The notes beneath the pieces were generated by a model. It did no database searches, was not told where the DNA came from, and worked only from the letters and a program-made list of their open reading frames with translations. A DNA stretch of 24,000 nucleotides from Sporosarcina sp. ZBG7A (GTDB lineage: Bacteria; Bacillota; Bacilli; Bacillales_A; Planococcaceae), in assembly GCF_000813425.1 (NCBI RefSeq), contig NZ_JWIB01000018.1:1-24000 (forward strand). The letters are read 5' to 3'. The position numbers were made by a program, and so were the translations under genes. Shown here piece after piece: positions 1 to 10,248 of this stretch (the first letter of the stretch is position 1; every line of letters begins with the position of its first letter).

Positions 1-240
1 ATATTATAGAACCAATAAAAAAGCCTCCTTCCCTCAAAATTGAAGGGACGGAAGCTCCGTGGTACCACCCAAATTAGCAGAAAAATCCTGCTCACTCATT
101 ATAGATAACGGCCAAAACCGGACTAATACATCGTCAGCTCCCTGTTTGTAATTCGTTATTGCACCTTGCTTGGTTCGCACCTACCACCAAGTCTCTGTTT
201 CCAAGGTTACAAAACTACTTCGAACAGTTCATCACATTTT
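1..240 (-). promoter_or_regulatory. T-box leader (tRNA-responsive attenuator), probable Tyr (UAC) specifier; regulated gene lies off the left edge
   Basis: The minus strand contains the T-box core AATTTGGGTGGTACCACGGAGCTTCCGTCCC followed by the terminator TCCCTTCAATTTTGAGGGAAGGAGGCTTTTTT. Stem I elements are present: AGTAG on the 5' side, TTTTGTAACCTTG pairing with CAAGGTGCAA, and GAAT-TAC-A in the specifier loop. TGGT would pair with an ACCA tRNA end (discriminator A). Confidence 0.93.
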
Positions 241-245
241 TCAAT

Positions 246-274
246 ATCATAAATTGTTTAGATTGAATTGTCAA
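246..274 (-). promoter_or_regulatory. Sigma-A type promoter for the T-box transcript
   Basis: Minus strand TTGACA (269-274), 17-nt spacer, TATGAT (246-251). Confidence 0.8.
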
Positions 275-485
275 TCAGTATATCGGATATAAGAAACAAT
301 TTCTAAGCTCTTCAAATCTACCTATCAAAATCCACTTTAGAAAATTCCGTCTAAAATGTTTGAATTTTATTATTGGATACAAATTTAATTTTTCTATAAA
401 GATGGTTAGTCTATAAATTCCCCATCATCGCATCAAGTAAATTGAAGAGTCCACTACTTATAAGCAGTGGATTTCCATACTTGAG

Positions 486-1289
486 TTATTCGTTGAGGTA
501 GCTGTAGAGCTTGCTAATAAGATCATTGTCAACATCAATTATATAGTGAGAGCCTAGTATCTCATTCAATGCTCTAACTATATTCAAAGCATTCTTATAA
601 GCGTTTTTTATTTCATTCTCCTCTAATTTCGAGGTTATTGATACATAGTCTTGATACGACTCTATACTTATATCTTCTTCTAAATTTTTGGTACTGTTTA
701 GCCATCGTTCAACCATATTTTCCTTTACCCTTATCATTTGTAGTATATATTTTTGCACATGGGTTAATGACTCCAGAGAACGGGCTAACTCTCCTCTTCT
801 CAGAACGTTTACACCCATCAACCAGGCATTCACGAAGTTATTAAATGCAAAGTTTACATTTTCATCGGTCGTTCGATCTGGTCCAGGTCCGCCTAAATTA
901 TAAAGCAAAGTCTTTAATTGCTCCGTAGAATCATAAATATACATAGACTCAGGATCAGGAAAAACTCCAGTAGGCTTAAAATCTTTTATGACTTCTATTT
1001 TTGATACTGGTAGAAAATGAAATTCTCCGCGTACCATATTTGAAAAAATCACTACCTCTGTGCCATACTCATTGAAAAAGATTAAGTCAGCTGGATAGAC
1101 TTCAGAAATCCAAACTCCTGAACTAAAATTATCCATTTCATCATCTTTAATGAATATATAAAATTCAACATCAGAGTACTGATCTCCTTCACCCTTTGTG
1201 AAAGAACCGTACATCATACATGCTGAAACCAATTCATCTTCACTACATTTATCTCTAACACTTTGAATAATTTTATTTTGAACTAACAT
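486..1289 (-). CDS. Lincosamide nucleotidyltransferase, Lnu(B)/Lnu(F)-like
   Basis: 267 aa with nucleotidyltransferase signature MMYGSFTKGEGDQYSDVEFYIF, then YGTEVVIFSNMVRGEFHFLP, NNFVNAWLMGVNVLRRGELARSLE and ERWLNSTKNLEEDISIE, all recalled as typical of Lnu(B)/(F) proteins. Confidence 0.82.
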   Translation of the reverse strand: MLVQNKIIQSVRDKCSEDELVSACMMYGSFTKGEGDQYSDVEFYIFIKDDEMDNFSSGVWISEVYPADLIFFNEYGTEVVIFSNMVRGEFHFLPVSKIEVIKDFKPTGVFPDPESMYIYDSTEQLKTLLYNLGGPGPDRTTDENVNFAFNNFVNAWLMGVNVLRRGELARSLESLTHVQKYILQMIRVKENMVERWLNSTKNLEEDISIESYQDYVSITSKLEENEIKNAYKNALNIVRALNEILGSHYIIDVDNDLISKLYSYLNE

Positions 1290-2167
1290 ATCTCAATCTC
1301 CTTATCTAATAATTTTCTTTTCAGATAAGGGATTTTTCAACTACTGGACAGCATGAGCAACACATGTATAATGCCCCTTCCATTACTTATTCAGGATGAG
1401 TATAACATAAAATATGAATGATTGTAATTTCAGTTAATCCTTTTTATATCCATTAAGAGGAATAGTAATGTGTTTTGAAAAAATATAATACAGACTTGTG
1501 AAATGTTAGGATTTACTGACCCTTTACACATTAACTCCATTGGATTCTTCATACGGTTTTACGATAGATTCTAATTAACCGAACTTTTCATCGTGTTTTT
1601 TGCATCTTTGTAATTTTTAGTACTACTAATTCCACATAGTCATAAAATAAATAAAGAACTTATTAAGGATATATATTCCATCATTGTTCGAGGTTTATTT
1701 TCGCCCTAAATATTAATTTTTCAGCAATAAGTATGCTTCAATTTCATTGTGGGGAATTGCATCTTTTGTGGGTGTACTTTATTCTGTTGCAATTATGTAT
1801 TAAGTCTCACCAAATTTAATTTTCCCATCCGGATATGTATTTTCATACAAGCTTTTTTTGCTTCCTCCACGGGGAAATCTAAATGGCCACGCTTTATTTT
1901 AAAATCATAATTATATCATAATAAAGTTTCGTTCTAATTTGTGATTGAATTACGCTATATACAGGCGGACATCACTAACTGTCTTCACCGCAATATCAGT
2001 GCGATTTCGAACAGCTCAGAAAAAAACTAAACCTATCCGTCAACGATAGTATATTAAATTATAACAATCGCCTCTCCCATTCTAATTTTCAATCCTGATT
2101 CACCAAAAGAATTTGTTATGTATTCAATCTTATATTTCGCACAAACACTCTATATTAAATAAACCTC

Positions 2168-2194
2168 ACGCATCCATTGAATGTGTGAGGTTCC
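2168..2194 (-). terminator. Intrinsic terminator downstream of catalase
   Basis: Minus strand CCTCACACATTCAATGGATGCGTGAGG followed by TTTATTT. Confidence 0.65.
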
Positions 2195-2207
2195 TTAGTT
2201 TCAGTTA

Positions 2208-3851
2208 TTAATAAGGATCTGCTTCATGTCCTTTTTCAACTGCATCCTCCACCGCTTCTTTTGACTCAGGAGTCCCTTGTCCAAATTTCGACTTCCCTGA
2301 ATCACGCCCCGGAATGTCGGATCCAGCAGTTGTTTCTTTCATTTCTCTTACTTTTTTCTCAATGCCTTCTTTGACGAGACGGCCGTATTCTTCATCTGCT
2401 TCGGTGAAGTGTTCAATCATAGCTTCTTGAATACGGGAATCGCATGCCGATAGTGCCTCTGAAAGATTGTGAATCAATTCTTTTCGCTCCCAATCCTCGA
2501 ACTGACGGAACGTTTCACCCGCTTGCCCATAATTATTCGGACGGTCGATTGGCGCACTCATGGCTGCTGCGTTATACGTTGGTCGATGTGGCGGTCGAGT
2601 ATCCTCATGAGCTTCCTCAAATCCGCCAAGCATGGATGGTTCATAATTGATATGAGGATTTTCACCGGACTCACGGGAATCGCGAATATCCATCTGTCCC
2701 CGTTGCTGATTGGTGCGGACAGCCGCTTTAGGTGCATTGACAGGTAGCTGCAAATAATTGGTGCCTACTCTATGACGCTGCGTATCCGAATAGGAGAATG
2801 TCCGACCTTGTAGCATCTTGTCATCTGAGAAGTCCATACCATCCACAAGCACTCCAGTTCCGAAGGCAGCTTGCTCAATGTCCATATGGAAATCCTCAGG
2901 GTTACGATCCAATACCATACGTCCCACCGGCAACCAAGGAAATTGATCTTCCGGCCAGAGCTTTGTATCGTCGAGCGGATCGAAATCCAGTTCAGGGTGG
3001 TATCCGTCTTCCATAATCTGCACAAATAATTCCCATTCCGGATAGTCTTCACGCTCTATCGCTTCATGCAAATCCTGTGTAGCATGTCCTACATTCTTCC
3101 CTTGAACTTCATCTGCATCATCCTGTGTTAGATTACGAATACCTTGTTTCGGTTCCCAATGATATTTGACCAGTACAGCCACCCCTTTTTCATTCACCCA
3201 CTTATACGTATTCACACCTGATCCTTGCATGTGACGATAGGTCGCAGGGATGCCCCATGGCGAGAACAGAAAGGTAATCATATGGATAGACTCCGGAGTT
3301 CGAGACACAAAGTCAAACATCCGTTGCGGATGCGGAACATTCGAGACAGGGTCAGCTTTGAACGCGTGAATCATGTCCGGAAACTTCATGGCATCACGGA
3401 TGAAAAAGATTTTCAAATTATTCCCGACCAAGTCCCAGTTTCCGTCTTCGGTATACATTTTCACCGCAAATCCCCTTGGATCCCGTGCAGTTTCAGGAGA
3501 GTCTTTTGCTCCTGCCACAGTAGAAAAACGAGCCAATAGGGGTGTTCGTTTCCCTTCACCTGAAAACACTTTGGCACGGGTATACTTCTCCACTGGCTCA
3601 TCCCCCGCCTTGCCATAAGTTTCAAAATAACCAAATGCACCAGAGCCCCTCGCATGGACGACACGTTCCGGAATTTCTTCACGATCAAAATGAGAAATCT
3701 TTTCTATGAAATGATAATTCTCAAGTGTTGCAGGACCACGGTCTCCAATCGTCCGGATGTTCTGATTATCTTTCACAGGATGCCCTTGGCGCGTAGTGAG
3801 TGTTTCCCGTTTCATCTCTTTTTTATTCTGCTTAGTCTTATCCTTCTTCAA
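2208..3851 (-). CDS. Monofunctional haem catalase
   Basis: 547 aa with [82 protein letters not shown] and [23 protein letters not shown]. Confidence 0.97.
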   Translation of the reverse strand: MKKDKTKQNKKEMKRETLTTRQGHPVKDNQNIRTIGDRGPATLENYHFIEKISHFDREEIPERVVHARGSGAFGYFETYGKAGDEPVEKYTRAKVFSGEGKRTPLLARFSTVAGAKDSPETARDPRGFAVKMYTEDGNWDLVGNNLKIFFIRDAMKFPDMIHAFKADPVSNVPHPQRMFDFVSRTPESIHMITFLFSPWGIPATYRHMQGSGVNTYKWVNEKGVAVLVKYHWEPKQGIRNLTQDDADEVQGKNVGHATQDLHEAIEREDYPEWELFVQIMEDGYHPELDFDPLDDTKLWPEDQFPWLPVGRMVLDRNPEDFHMDIEQAAFGTGVLVDGMDFSDDKMLQGRTFSYSDTQRHRVGTNYLQLPVNAPKAAVRTNQQRGQMDIRDSRESGENPHINYEPSMLGGFEEAHEDTRPPHRPTYNAAAMSAPIDRPNNYGQAGETFRQFEDWERKELIHNLSEALSACDSRIQEAMIEHFTEADEEYGRLVKEGIEKKVREMKETTAGSDIPGRDSGKSKFGQGTPESKEAVEDAVEKGHEADPY

Positions 3852-4360
3852 CAGAACTCCTCCTCAACCAATGTTCTCAGAAAATGATAAATGAACCTTT
3901 TCCTAATTTAGTTACAGTTCACTTATAGAGACAGCTTATCCATAAAAAGTTTAAAGGAAACTCATTTTTTGATCGTGGCTTTGTTATTTGAAATTCAAAA
4001 TGCATTTCGTGCAATCTCATCATGAAGTTGCTTAATAGTTCCAAGCGTGCGTCCACATTGCACATCTCCTTTTTGGCATGCAGATGAATCTATAGATATG
4101 AACAGCCACTTAAACTTAAGATTTCAAATGACCCTGGCTGAGAAGTTCTTAAATAATATAATCCCTCTACCCCCCCGCTTTTAATTTCAAGCCATCCAAA
4201 ATAATTACTAGTGCCCCAAAGACATTTAGAAAGAATAATCTTTCGCTTATTTAAATCATAAGAAGACTATCGGACAACTCTGGAGAACTCATTAAAAACT
4301 TAAATATCTTATATTAAAAAGCGCTCCTACTATGTTTAGATAGAGATATTATAGTTGAAC

Positions 4361-4406
4361 TAAAAAGCCTGCATCTTAGATCACAAAGTAATCAGAGATA
4401 CAGGCA
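4361..4406 (-). terminator. Probable terminator downstream of the isochorismatase-family gene
   Basis: Minus strand GCCTGTATCTCTGATTACTTTGTGATCTAAGATGCAGGCTTTTTAG: long imperfect stem plus T-run. Confidence 0.5.
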
Positions 4407-4496
4407 TTTGATTATTCTTACTTCACTAAATTAAGCGATTCAAAGGCAACCCTTATGCATTAATCGCCCCATTTGATGAAGAAATTATAAATATCA

Positions 4497-5054
4497 TTAT
4501 CGAAACTCATTGTGATTTGGAACAAACAAATTTTCACTTACATTTCTAACCACTGAAAAATTATCAACGTTGTAATGTCCATGAAGAGCTTCATTATGAT
4601 GGGCTATGATTTGCTCAGCAGTTAGAGATTGGGAGTCCGTTGTTGAATGACTATCGCCTACTAAGGTGACATCGAAGCCACTTACTGTTGCCGTTCTAAC
4701 CGCAGTATCAATACAATGCTCCGTTTTGCAGCCCATTATAACAAGATGCTCAACCATGTTATCTTGTAAAAAAACCAATAATGGAGTTTCATAAAACGAA
4801 TTTGTCGCCTCTTTATCAAATGTCTTAGAATCTTTAGGGATATGAATATCAGAATGGATCTCGAATCCCTTACCTATGCCTTCAGCAACATCTTTATCTC
4901 TTATGAAGACAACAAAACTATCCGATGCACTTGCTTTTTCTACCACTGTATTAATATTATCCAACAATGAAGTCTTATTATAGACGCTACATTCTTTTTC
5001 ATTACCATCAATTAGTTCTTGTTGTGCATCAATAACTAGTAAAGCTTGTTTCAA
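4497..5054 (-). CDS. Cysteine hydrolase, isochorismatase family
   Basis: 185 aa: ALLVIDAQQELID (catalytic D), VFIRD, LVIMGCKTEHCIDTAVRTATVSGFDVTLVGDSHST (GCxTxxCIDTAVR motif). Confidence 0.92.
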   Translation of the reverse strand: MKQALLVIDAQQELIDGNEKECSVYNKTSLLDNINTVVEKASASDSFVVFIRDKDVAEGIGKGFEIHSDIHIPKDSKTFDKEATNSFYETPLLVFLQDNMVEHLVIMGCKTEHCIDTAVRTATVSGFDVTLVGDSHSTTDSQSLTAEQIIAHHNEALHGHYNVDNFSVVRNVSENLFVPNHNEFR

Positions 5055-5172
5055 TAAAAAAACTCCCTTTTATTTAAAATTTATTTTCCCTCATTATCTC
5101 GTAAACTACCCCTATTAATGAATGGGAGTAGACTCTAAATGCCAGAATCTCCACCAATTATAGTAATGCAAT

Positions 5173-5328
5173 TCAGTCTTCCTTCTCTTCTTTTTTAACT
5201 ATATAACCTAGCAAAAACCCAAATAACGCAACAATTATGTATTGCATATCAAAGCTCTTTGTAAAGAAGCTGATAATTAACCAACCTACAATCATTCCTG
5301 CTATTGCTAAAATCACATTTTTAGACAT
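5173..5328 (-). CDS. Small membrane protein, 51 aa (start trimmed from track ORF 5173..5400)
   Basis: MSKNVILAIAGMIVGWLIISFFTKSFDMQYIIVALFGFLLGYIVKKEEKED is preceded by AAGGAGAACAAGGG. It has two hydrophobic segments. Confidence 0.65.
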   Translation of the reverse strand: MSKNVILAIAGMIVGWLIISFFTKSFDMQYIIVALFGFLLGYIVKKEEKED

Positions 5329-5468
5329 CCCTTGTTCTCCTTCCTTATCGTATTTCTTCGCTCCTGTAATCTTCTTCAAAATGGCTCTATTCTTGCACAT
5401 TGTTGTACAGTAAAAGCCCCCAATGGTGGCACAATCAAAATTAATTTCCTATTACTTCACTAATTTAG

Positions 5469-6203
5469 TCACAGAGGAAGCTTACTAGCTAGGATATATT
5501 CACGAACGAACTGCAACATCTTTTTCTGCATTTCGGTAACATTCTTTTCATTATCCAATAAATACCCTATGTGATAAATGTGTCCGTTGTAGTATGCATA
5601 GAATTCATTAGCAGCAGTCCCTGTGGCGATTATTCCATTTTCATTTTCTTCATAATACGTAAATAGCAACGCACTATTCGTTGTCAGGACTTGCTGATAG
5701 ATAGAAAGATTTTCCGTTAGCTGCTCTTTTATAAGTTTGTTTCCTACCGAGTCAACCTGATCAGTTATATCGTATAATTCTATCGGATTTTTATCTGCTT
5801 CAGTCACTGAAACGATAAAGAAATCATTAGTTTGTTCGTACTCATCCATACCAAGATAGCTTAATTGTACCTGGTGCTTTATTTTTCCGTTTTTATCTTT
5901 CGACTCCACTAGATAAGCTTTCTCTTCATCCACTTTAAACGGCAGCTTGTCTGAGTCAATTTTATTCATAGTATCTTTTATTTGTATCGGCAAGGATGAT
6001 CCTTCTTCATTTATTAGAAAAGGCTTGTAGTATGTAATATGCTCCCTTTCATCTAAACCATCATAAGCTTTGAAATACTCGCTATAAGTTAGTCCATTCC
6101 CTTTCACTTTAATAAGTTCAGATTTATCGATTGAACATCCTAACAGTATAGAACTCGTAAAGATCAATGCGAATAATAAGCTAGTTAATTTTCTGTTTGT
6201 CAT
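5469..6203 (-). CDS. Putative lipoprotein of unknown function
   Basis: 244 aa, N-terminal signal with lipobox SSILLGCS. Confidence 0.75.
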   Translation of the reverse strand: MTNRKLTSLLFALIFTSSILLGCSIDKSELIKVKGNGLTYSEYFKAYDGLDEREHITYYKPFLINEEGSSLPIQIKDTMNKIDSDKLPFKVDEEKAYLVESKDKNGKIKHQVQLSYLGMDEYEQTNDFFIVSVTEADKNPIELYDITDQVDSVGNKLIKEQLTENLSIYQQVLTTNSALLFTYYEENENGIIATGTAANEFYAYYNGHIYHIGYLLDNEKNVTEMQKKMLQFVREYILASKLPL

Positions 6204-6298
6204 ACTCAGTTCTCCTTCATTCCAAAATGATCATCAGACTAGCATAATTAATGTTTCCATCTAACAAGTGTACATTCTTCAATTTAGCTCTAATACTG

Positions 6299-6333
6299 AA
6301 AAAGGGTGCAATTCTTCTTCGAGAAATGCATCC
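6299..6333 (-). terminator. Intrinsic terminator
   Basis: Minus strand GGATGCATTTCTCGAAGAAGAATTGCACCC + TTTTT: 12-position stem with one internal mismatch. Confidence 0.7.
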
Positions 6334-6613
6334 AATTGAAGCATAAACCTTATGAAACAACTGTATTCATTACTTGAATGTCTGATAATGGTAGGTCAGG
6401 TGTAAAGGTATCAATTGCAATACTAATAAGTAATATAGTCCATAGAATCATAATAATTATATTCCCTATTCTGATTAATTAATTTGAACATCAGACAATA
6501 GCCCCCGATTGTAGTCTTGTACTTATTAATAAAAAGCTATTAACTCTTGTTTTCCCAAAAAATATTTTGTTCGATAATAAAAAAATATAGGTGTAGCAAG
6601 TTTTGAAGTTAAT

Positions 6614-6988
6614 CTAATTTAAAATTCTATAAATCTCTTCTGCCGAGTTTATAACATAAACTGTATGCGTATTGCTCTTTTTCATCACAGTTGCCCGTTT
6701 AGAATTCTCGTGTATCCACAAATAGTATTCTTTATTTTTTATTTTCAAGATATGAGTAGGATCAGCCATATCTGCTACTCCGCTTATCCTTTTAGCCCTT
6801 CTTATAGATTTTTTAATTGTTTTTATATCACTTTGGTTCGTGATTTTTTTAAAAGAGTTTGGCTTAACTGTATCAAAATCTACTAATTCTCGACTTTCAA
6901 TGTTAGGGGTGTAAATGAAAAACATGTAACTAGAAAGTAAAATAAGGACGAGAATAAAGATACCACCTAATTTCTTAGTAAATTGCAT
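6614..6988 (-). CDS. Hypothetical membrane-anchored protein
   Basis: 124 aa, one N-terminal TM segment (GIFILVLILLSSYMFFIY), soluble C-terminal domain. Confidence 0.6.
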   Translation of the reverse strand: MQFTKKLGGIFILVLILLSSYMFFIYTPNIESRELVDFDTVKPNSFKKITNQSDIKTIKKSIRRAKRISGVADMADPTHILKIKNKEYYLWIHENSKRATVMKKSNTHTVYVINSAEEIYRILN

Positions 6989-7102
6989 CTTAGCCCTCCG
7001 TTTCTATCATCAATTTGGCCCTTATGTAAATCATATGCAATTCCTTGTGCCAGAATTGTCCCCAATAGTGGAAGATAGCTCATTTAAAACGCTCTGTTAT
7101 CT

Positions 7103-7537
7103 TTATGAAAAGTTGACTTTCTTTCCAAATATAGAATTGCCGATGACATAAAATATTGTAATGATGATAGCACTAACAGTTGGATAGCCGATATAAACCG
7201 CCAGACTCGTATGTTCAACTAAACTAAATTCTCCCCATTCAAGCCATAAACGCCAACCCATTCCAAGGCCGTTTAAAATTATACAAATCGTAAAAACAAA
7301 CCATATTCTATCTTTAAATAAGCCTACAAATATGTTTGCTGCAATGAAATACATTAATAATGTCAAAGCCATAGAAGACAAACTAAACCCTTTCAGTCCG
7401 GGGATTACAAAGGTGAATGATATTCCCGAATAGAAAAGAATGGTTATAATCGCAAATATCAAAAATGTATTTCGTGATTTGCCTACCCGCTTATAGAACT
7501 GTTCTCCTAACAATAGTTTCCTCTCCAATTTCTTCAT
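7103..7537 (-). CDS. Hypothetical multi-pass membrane protein
   Basis: 144 aa, about four hydrophobic segments. Confidence 0.6.
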   Translation of the reverse strand: MKKLERKLLLGEQFYKRVGKSRNTFLIFAIITILFYSGISFTFVIPGLKGFSLSSMALTLLMYFIAANIFVGLFKDRIWFVFTICIILNGLGMGWRLWLEWGEFSLVEHTSLAVYIGYPTVSAIIITIFYVIGNSIFGKKVNFS

Positions 7538-7648
7538 CTCGTTTTTTTATAGTGAACAATATGTTTTCAGGCTATTAACAAACGTTTAGATATTGTTCCG
7601 TTAAAGTGGCCAGTTTGATGAATGGACGCTTTATTTATAGTACTCGCC

Positions 7649-7782
7649 GTTGCTTGGAGCGGAAGACGGACGACTCCGGAGGGATCAGCGTGCGCCTTGA
7701 GACCCCGCAGAGAGCGTTTTTGCGACCGAGGAGGCTCAAGCCACGCCCCTCGGAAAGCGTTCCGTCTGGAGCGCAAAGCAAC
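7649..7782. repeat. GC-rich ~134-bp structured intergenic element, resembling dispersed palindromic elements seen in Bacillaceae genomes
   Basis: Abrupt GC-rich island GTTGCTTGGAGCGGAAGACGGACGACTCCGGAGGG...GAGACCCCGCAG...GAGGAGGCTCAAGCCACGCCCCTCGGAAAGCGTTCCGTCTGGAGCGCAAAGCAAC with imperfectly complementary ends. Overlapping ORFs on both strands look non-genuine. Confidence 0.6.
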
Positions 7783-8092
7783 AATCTGCATACTAGATAG
7801 TGGCCCGATTGCGGTGTTGGAGCATTTGTTTATAATACAAACGCACCCGAATGTTTATATCTATCAGTTTCTCATTTCCCAATATCTATTTTGCCTCTCT
7901 ATTCTCTTTTCCACTTAAAAAATATAAAACTGCTAGAAAACCTACCAATAAAAGTACATTTACGACAAATGGATACCCCCTCGAATAATTTGTAATTGTA
8001 AAATAGACTTCCAGCGGAATAAATAATAAACAAAAGATAATGTATACTTTATTCTTCATCTACTAACAACCCCTAGTGTTAAAAGATGTTCT

Positions 8093-8233
8093 TTAACCAA
8101 GTACTCCGTTCTCCTCTAAGTGCATACATCCAATATTTGCTTTCTGAGTAAGGGCAATACGTGTCAATATAAAATCCGAACTGAATTGTGTGACCTTTTT
8201 GCCCATTTCTTTTTTAAATTGATAAATTTCCAT
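8093..8233 (-). pseudogene. Truncated cupin-fold protein, N-terminal fragment only
   Basis: MEIYQFKKEMGKKVTQFSSDFILTRIALTQKANIGCMHLEENGVLG* resembles the start of ~115-aa cupins that usually continue GYHQA... The frame stops right after GVLG and no cupin remainder is seen downstream. Confidence 0.5.
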
Positions 8234-8632
8234 AGGATCACCCCGACTGTTCAATAATATTTCTTCATGCTTTAATAGCCTATACATTTTCATTATTAAA
8301 CTTTTAATATCCCTAGAAAAAACCAAGCCATTCTAAACTTACCGGCCGGTTTCAGGCACGATGATTCTTCTACAACTGCACCCGATAATAGAGATAGATT
8401 TTTGAAAGGATTACTGATTTTCAATAAACTCCCGCTCTATCTCTACAACTTATTTATTCTTATCTAAGAATAAGAAATCGTCAGCCTATTTGAATGCACA
8501 AATATATTACTTTTCTGCTATAAATACATACCTGTCTTCCACCAGCCAATCGTCAGATTCGATCGATTTTGTCTTCAATCCTGTCAAGCTGCCGTGTTAG
8601 TGTTGCTTCAACCCTTGAACTGCTGCAATTCG

Positions 8633-9049
8633 TCAGTCCACAGTGAATGATTCTTCCTGTCCATCCCACCTGATGGTAATAAGAATCTTGTCATCTTTCT
8701 CGATAGCGGTCTCGCCAGTTTCTTGCCCTTTAAGCGAAAATGTCTTATTTTCGGGAAGGTCAGGAAAACGCTGCTCTGTGCTCGCGCCTATTAAATCTGT
8801 TTCATAGACATATTCCAATGTATTCACACCTTCCAACTCCTTGGACTTCCCTTTGAATGTCACCCTCAACTCATAGTCCGTATAGGAAAGGGCCTCTGTA
8901 CTCTTCTTTTTGAAAGGATGAGTCATCACGAATGTCCCCTCCCAATAATCACTTTCCCCCTTCAGTTTAACAATGCTCTGATCGTTGCAAGCACTGAGGA
9001 TTCCAATCAAAACGAACAGCAAAGTGATGCATGGTAGCCATCTTTTCAC
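8633..9049 (-). CDS. Putative lipoprotein of unknown function
   Basis: 138 aa, signal plus lipobox LIGILSACN. Confidence 0.7.
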   Translation of the reverse strand: MKRWLPCITLLFVLIGILSACNDQSIVKLKGESDYWEGTFVMTHPFKKKSTEALSYTDYELRVTFKGKSKELEGVNTLEYVYETDLIGASTEQRFPDLPENKTFSLKGQETGETAIEKDDKILITIRWDGQEESFTVD

Positions 9050-9120
9050 AAAGTCACCTCCCGTATTTTTAGTAAGGTTAGGTCCTGCAAAGCCCTCATT
9101 TCCAGAACAAGTGTCTAATA

Positions 9121-9717
9121 TTACTTAGACTGATGTTTTTTTAACTTCTGTTGTAAGTAATCATCTGATTTTCCGTTTGGGATGCTAAGGGTTTCCCAGT
9201 TTTCATCTTTTAATTGCTTCCCAATATAAACCATCTGACCAACGTGATAAGCATAATGAGCCAGTTGCCTTTCGATTGCTTCTAGCACAGTGTGCTTCTC
9301 ACCACGAATGGTAATATTTTTCAATAAGTCTTGGTTTTCTAACCCATTCAGTGTATCAAGAAGAATAATCCAGCCTTTTTCCCAAATAGTTATCATCTCT
9401 TGTCTTGAGGAAATGTCATCTTCAAATTCCTGATCACGATTTCTAGATGCCTTTTCTCCATCCGTAGTTAAAAAGTCTGACCATCTGGAAATCATATTTC
9501 CACTTACGTGTTTTGCAATAATCGCAATACTATTTGAAGACTCGTTTAATCGCCAGTGTATATCTTCCTCTGATAATTGGCTTATTGTTTTATCTCCTAA
9601 CTCTTTAACACTTTCAAATCTTTCTTTCACAATCTTCAAGTATTCACTTCCAAAATCCACAAAAACACTCCCGTCCGTTCTGAATTTCAGCCCTTTTCTC
9701 GAACAACTTATTTTCAA
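9121..9717 (-). CDS. DinB-like / DUF1572-family protein
   Basis: 198 aa: FGSEYLKIVKERFESVKELGDKTISQLSEEDIHWRLNESSNSIAIIAKHVSGNM..., ERQLAHYAYHVGQMVYIGKQLK. The true start may be internal. Confidence 0.8.
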   Translation of the reverse strand: MKISCSRKGLKFRTDGSVFVDFGSEYLKIVKERFESVKELGDKTISQLSEEDIHWRLNESSNSIAIIAKHVSGNMISRWSDFLTTDGEKASRNRDQEFEDDISSRQEMITIWEKGWIILLDTLNGLENQDLLKNITIRGEKHTVLEAIERQLAHYAYHVGQMVYIGKQLKDENWETLSIPNGKSDDYLQQKLKKHQSK

Positions 9718-9837
9718 TAATGTGTATCATTCTTACTTAAAAATCTAGCCAGTGTGATGGATAATCCTTATTTTAGATGATCTAATATTTATTCAAAGTT
9801 GAGGTCGGTTAGTGTTATTACCTAAAATAAAATACTT

Positions 9838-10248
9838 TCAGAAGTAATATTTTATCCAGAAGAATACACCCACTAAGGTAATTAAAGTTAAACCAAGTTG
9901 GATTAGAGAAACCTTAAAATTTTTCCTGTTTTCCGAAAACTTCCATTCTATAAATGCCTGGACAATGATTTGACTTAATACGAAAACTGCAAGAATAATA
10001 GATATTAAAAGAGGCTTTGTATAAAAAAATATTGCACTCACTATTATAGAAATCAAATAAATTATGCGCAATGTCCAATCGATTTTTTTATGGAGCTTAT
10101 TTATATGATTATAAGAAAACCACTTCTTTTTATCAGCTCCCATTTTATAACGAAATATAGCTGGAATAATGCCAACTAGTAGAATAGTAAATAATAGTAT
10201 TATAATAGGTTCTGTCCAAAATCCCTCTGACATTCCATAGTTCTCCAT
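9838..10248 (-). CDS. Hypothetical membrane protein
   Basis: 136 aa with four hydrophobic segments. Confidence 0.6.
   Translation of the reverse strand: MENYGMSEGFWTEPIIILLFTILLVGIIPAIFRYKMGADKKKWFSYNHINKLHKKIDWTLRIIYLISIIVSAIFFYTKPLLISIILAVFVLSQIIVQAFIEWKFSENRKNFKVSLIQLGLTLITLVGVFFWIKYYF

Noticed and set aside
638-903. Plus-strand ORFs 638..844 and 688..903
   Set aside because: Antisense to the lnu-like CDS; low-complexity translations.
1740-1804. Plus-strand hydrophobic stretch ISLWGIASFVGVLYSVAIMY*
   Set aside because: Could be a tail of a decayed membrane gene, but there is no upstream coding frame and it is too short to support.
1320-2160. Long AT-rich non-coding region examined for IS ends, CRISPR or RNA genes
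   Set aside because: No regularly spaced repeats, no tRNA-like fold, no transposase remnant identifiable.
2444-3887. Several ORFs of 62-104 aa on both strands overlapping the catalase gene
   Set aside because: All lie antisense to or out of frame with an unambiguous 547-aa catalase. No plausible domains; shadow ORFs.
3995-4110. Minus-strand fragment ...SSACQKGDVQCGRTLGTIKQLHDEIARNAF* that looks protein-like
   Set aside because: Possibly a C-terminal gene remnant, but too short and without a nameable family.
7567-7918. ORFs of 64-98 aa through the GC-rich element, both strands
   Set aside because: Arg/Pro/Ser-rich translations produced by the GC-rich repeat; no RBS-supported start or family resemblance.
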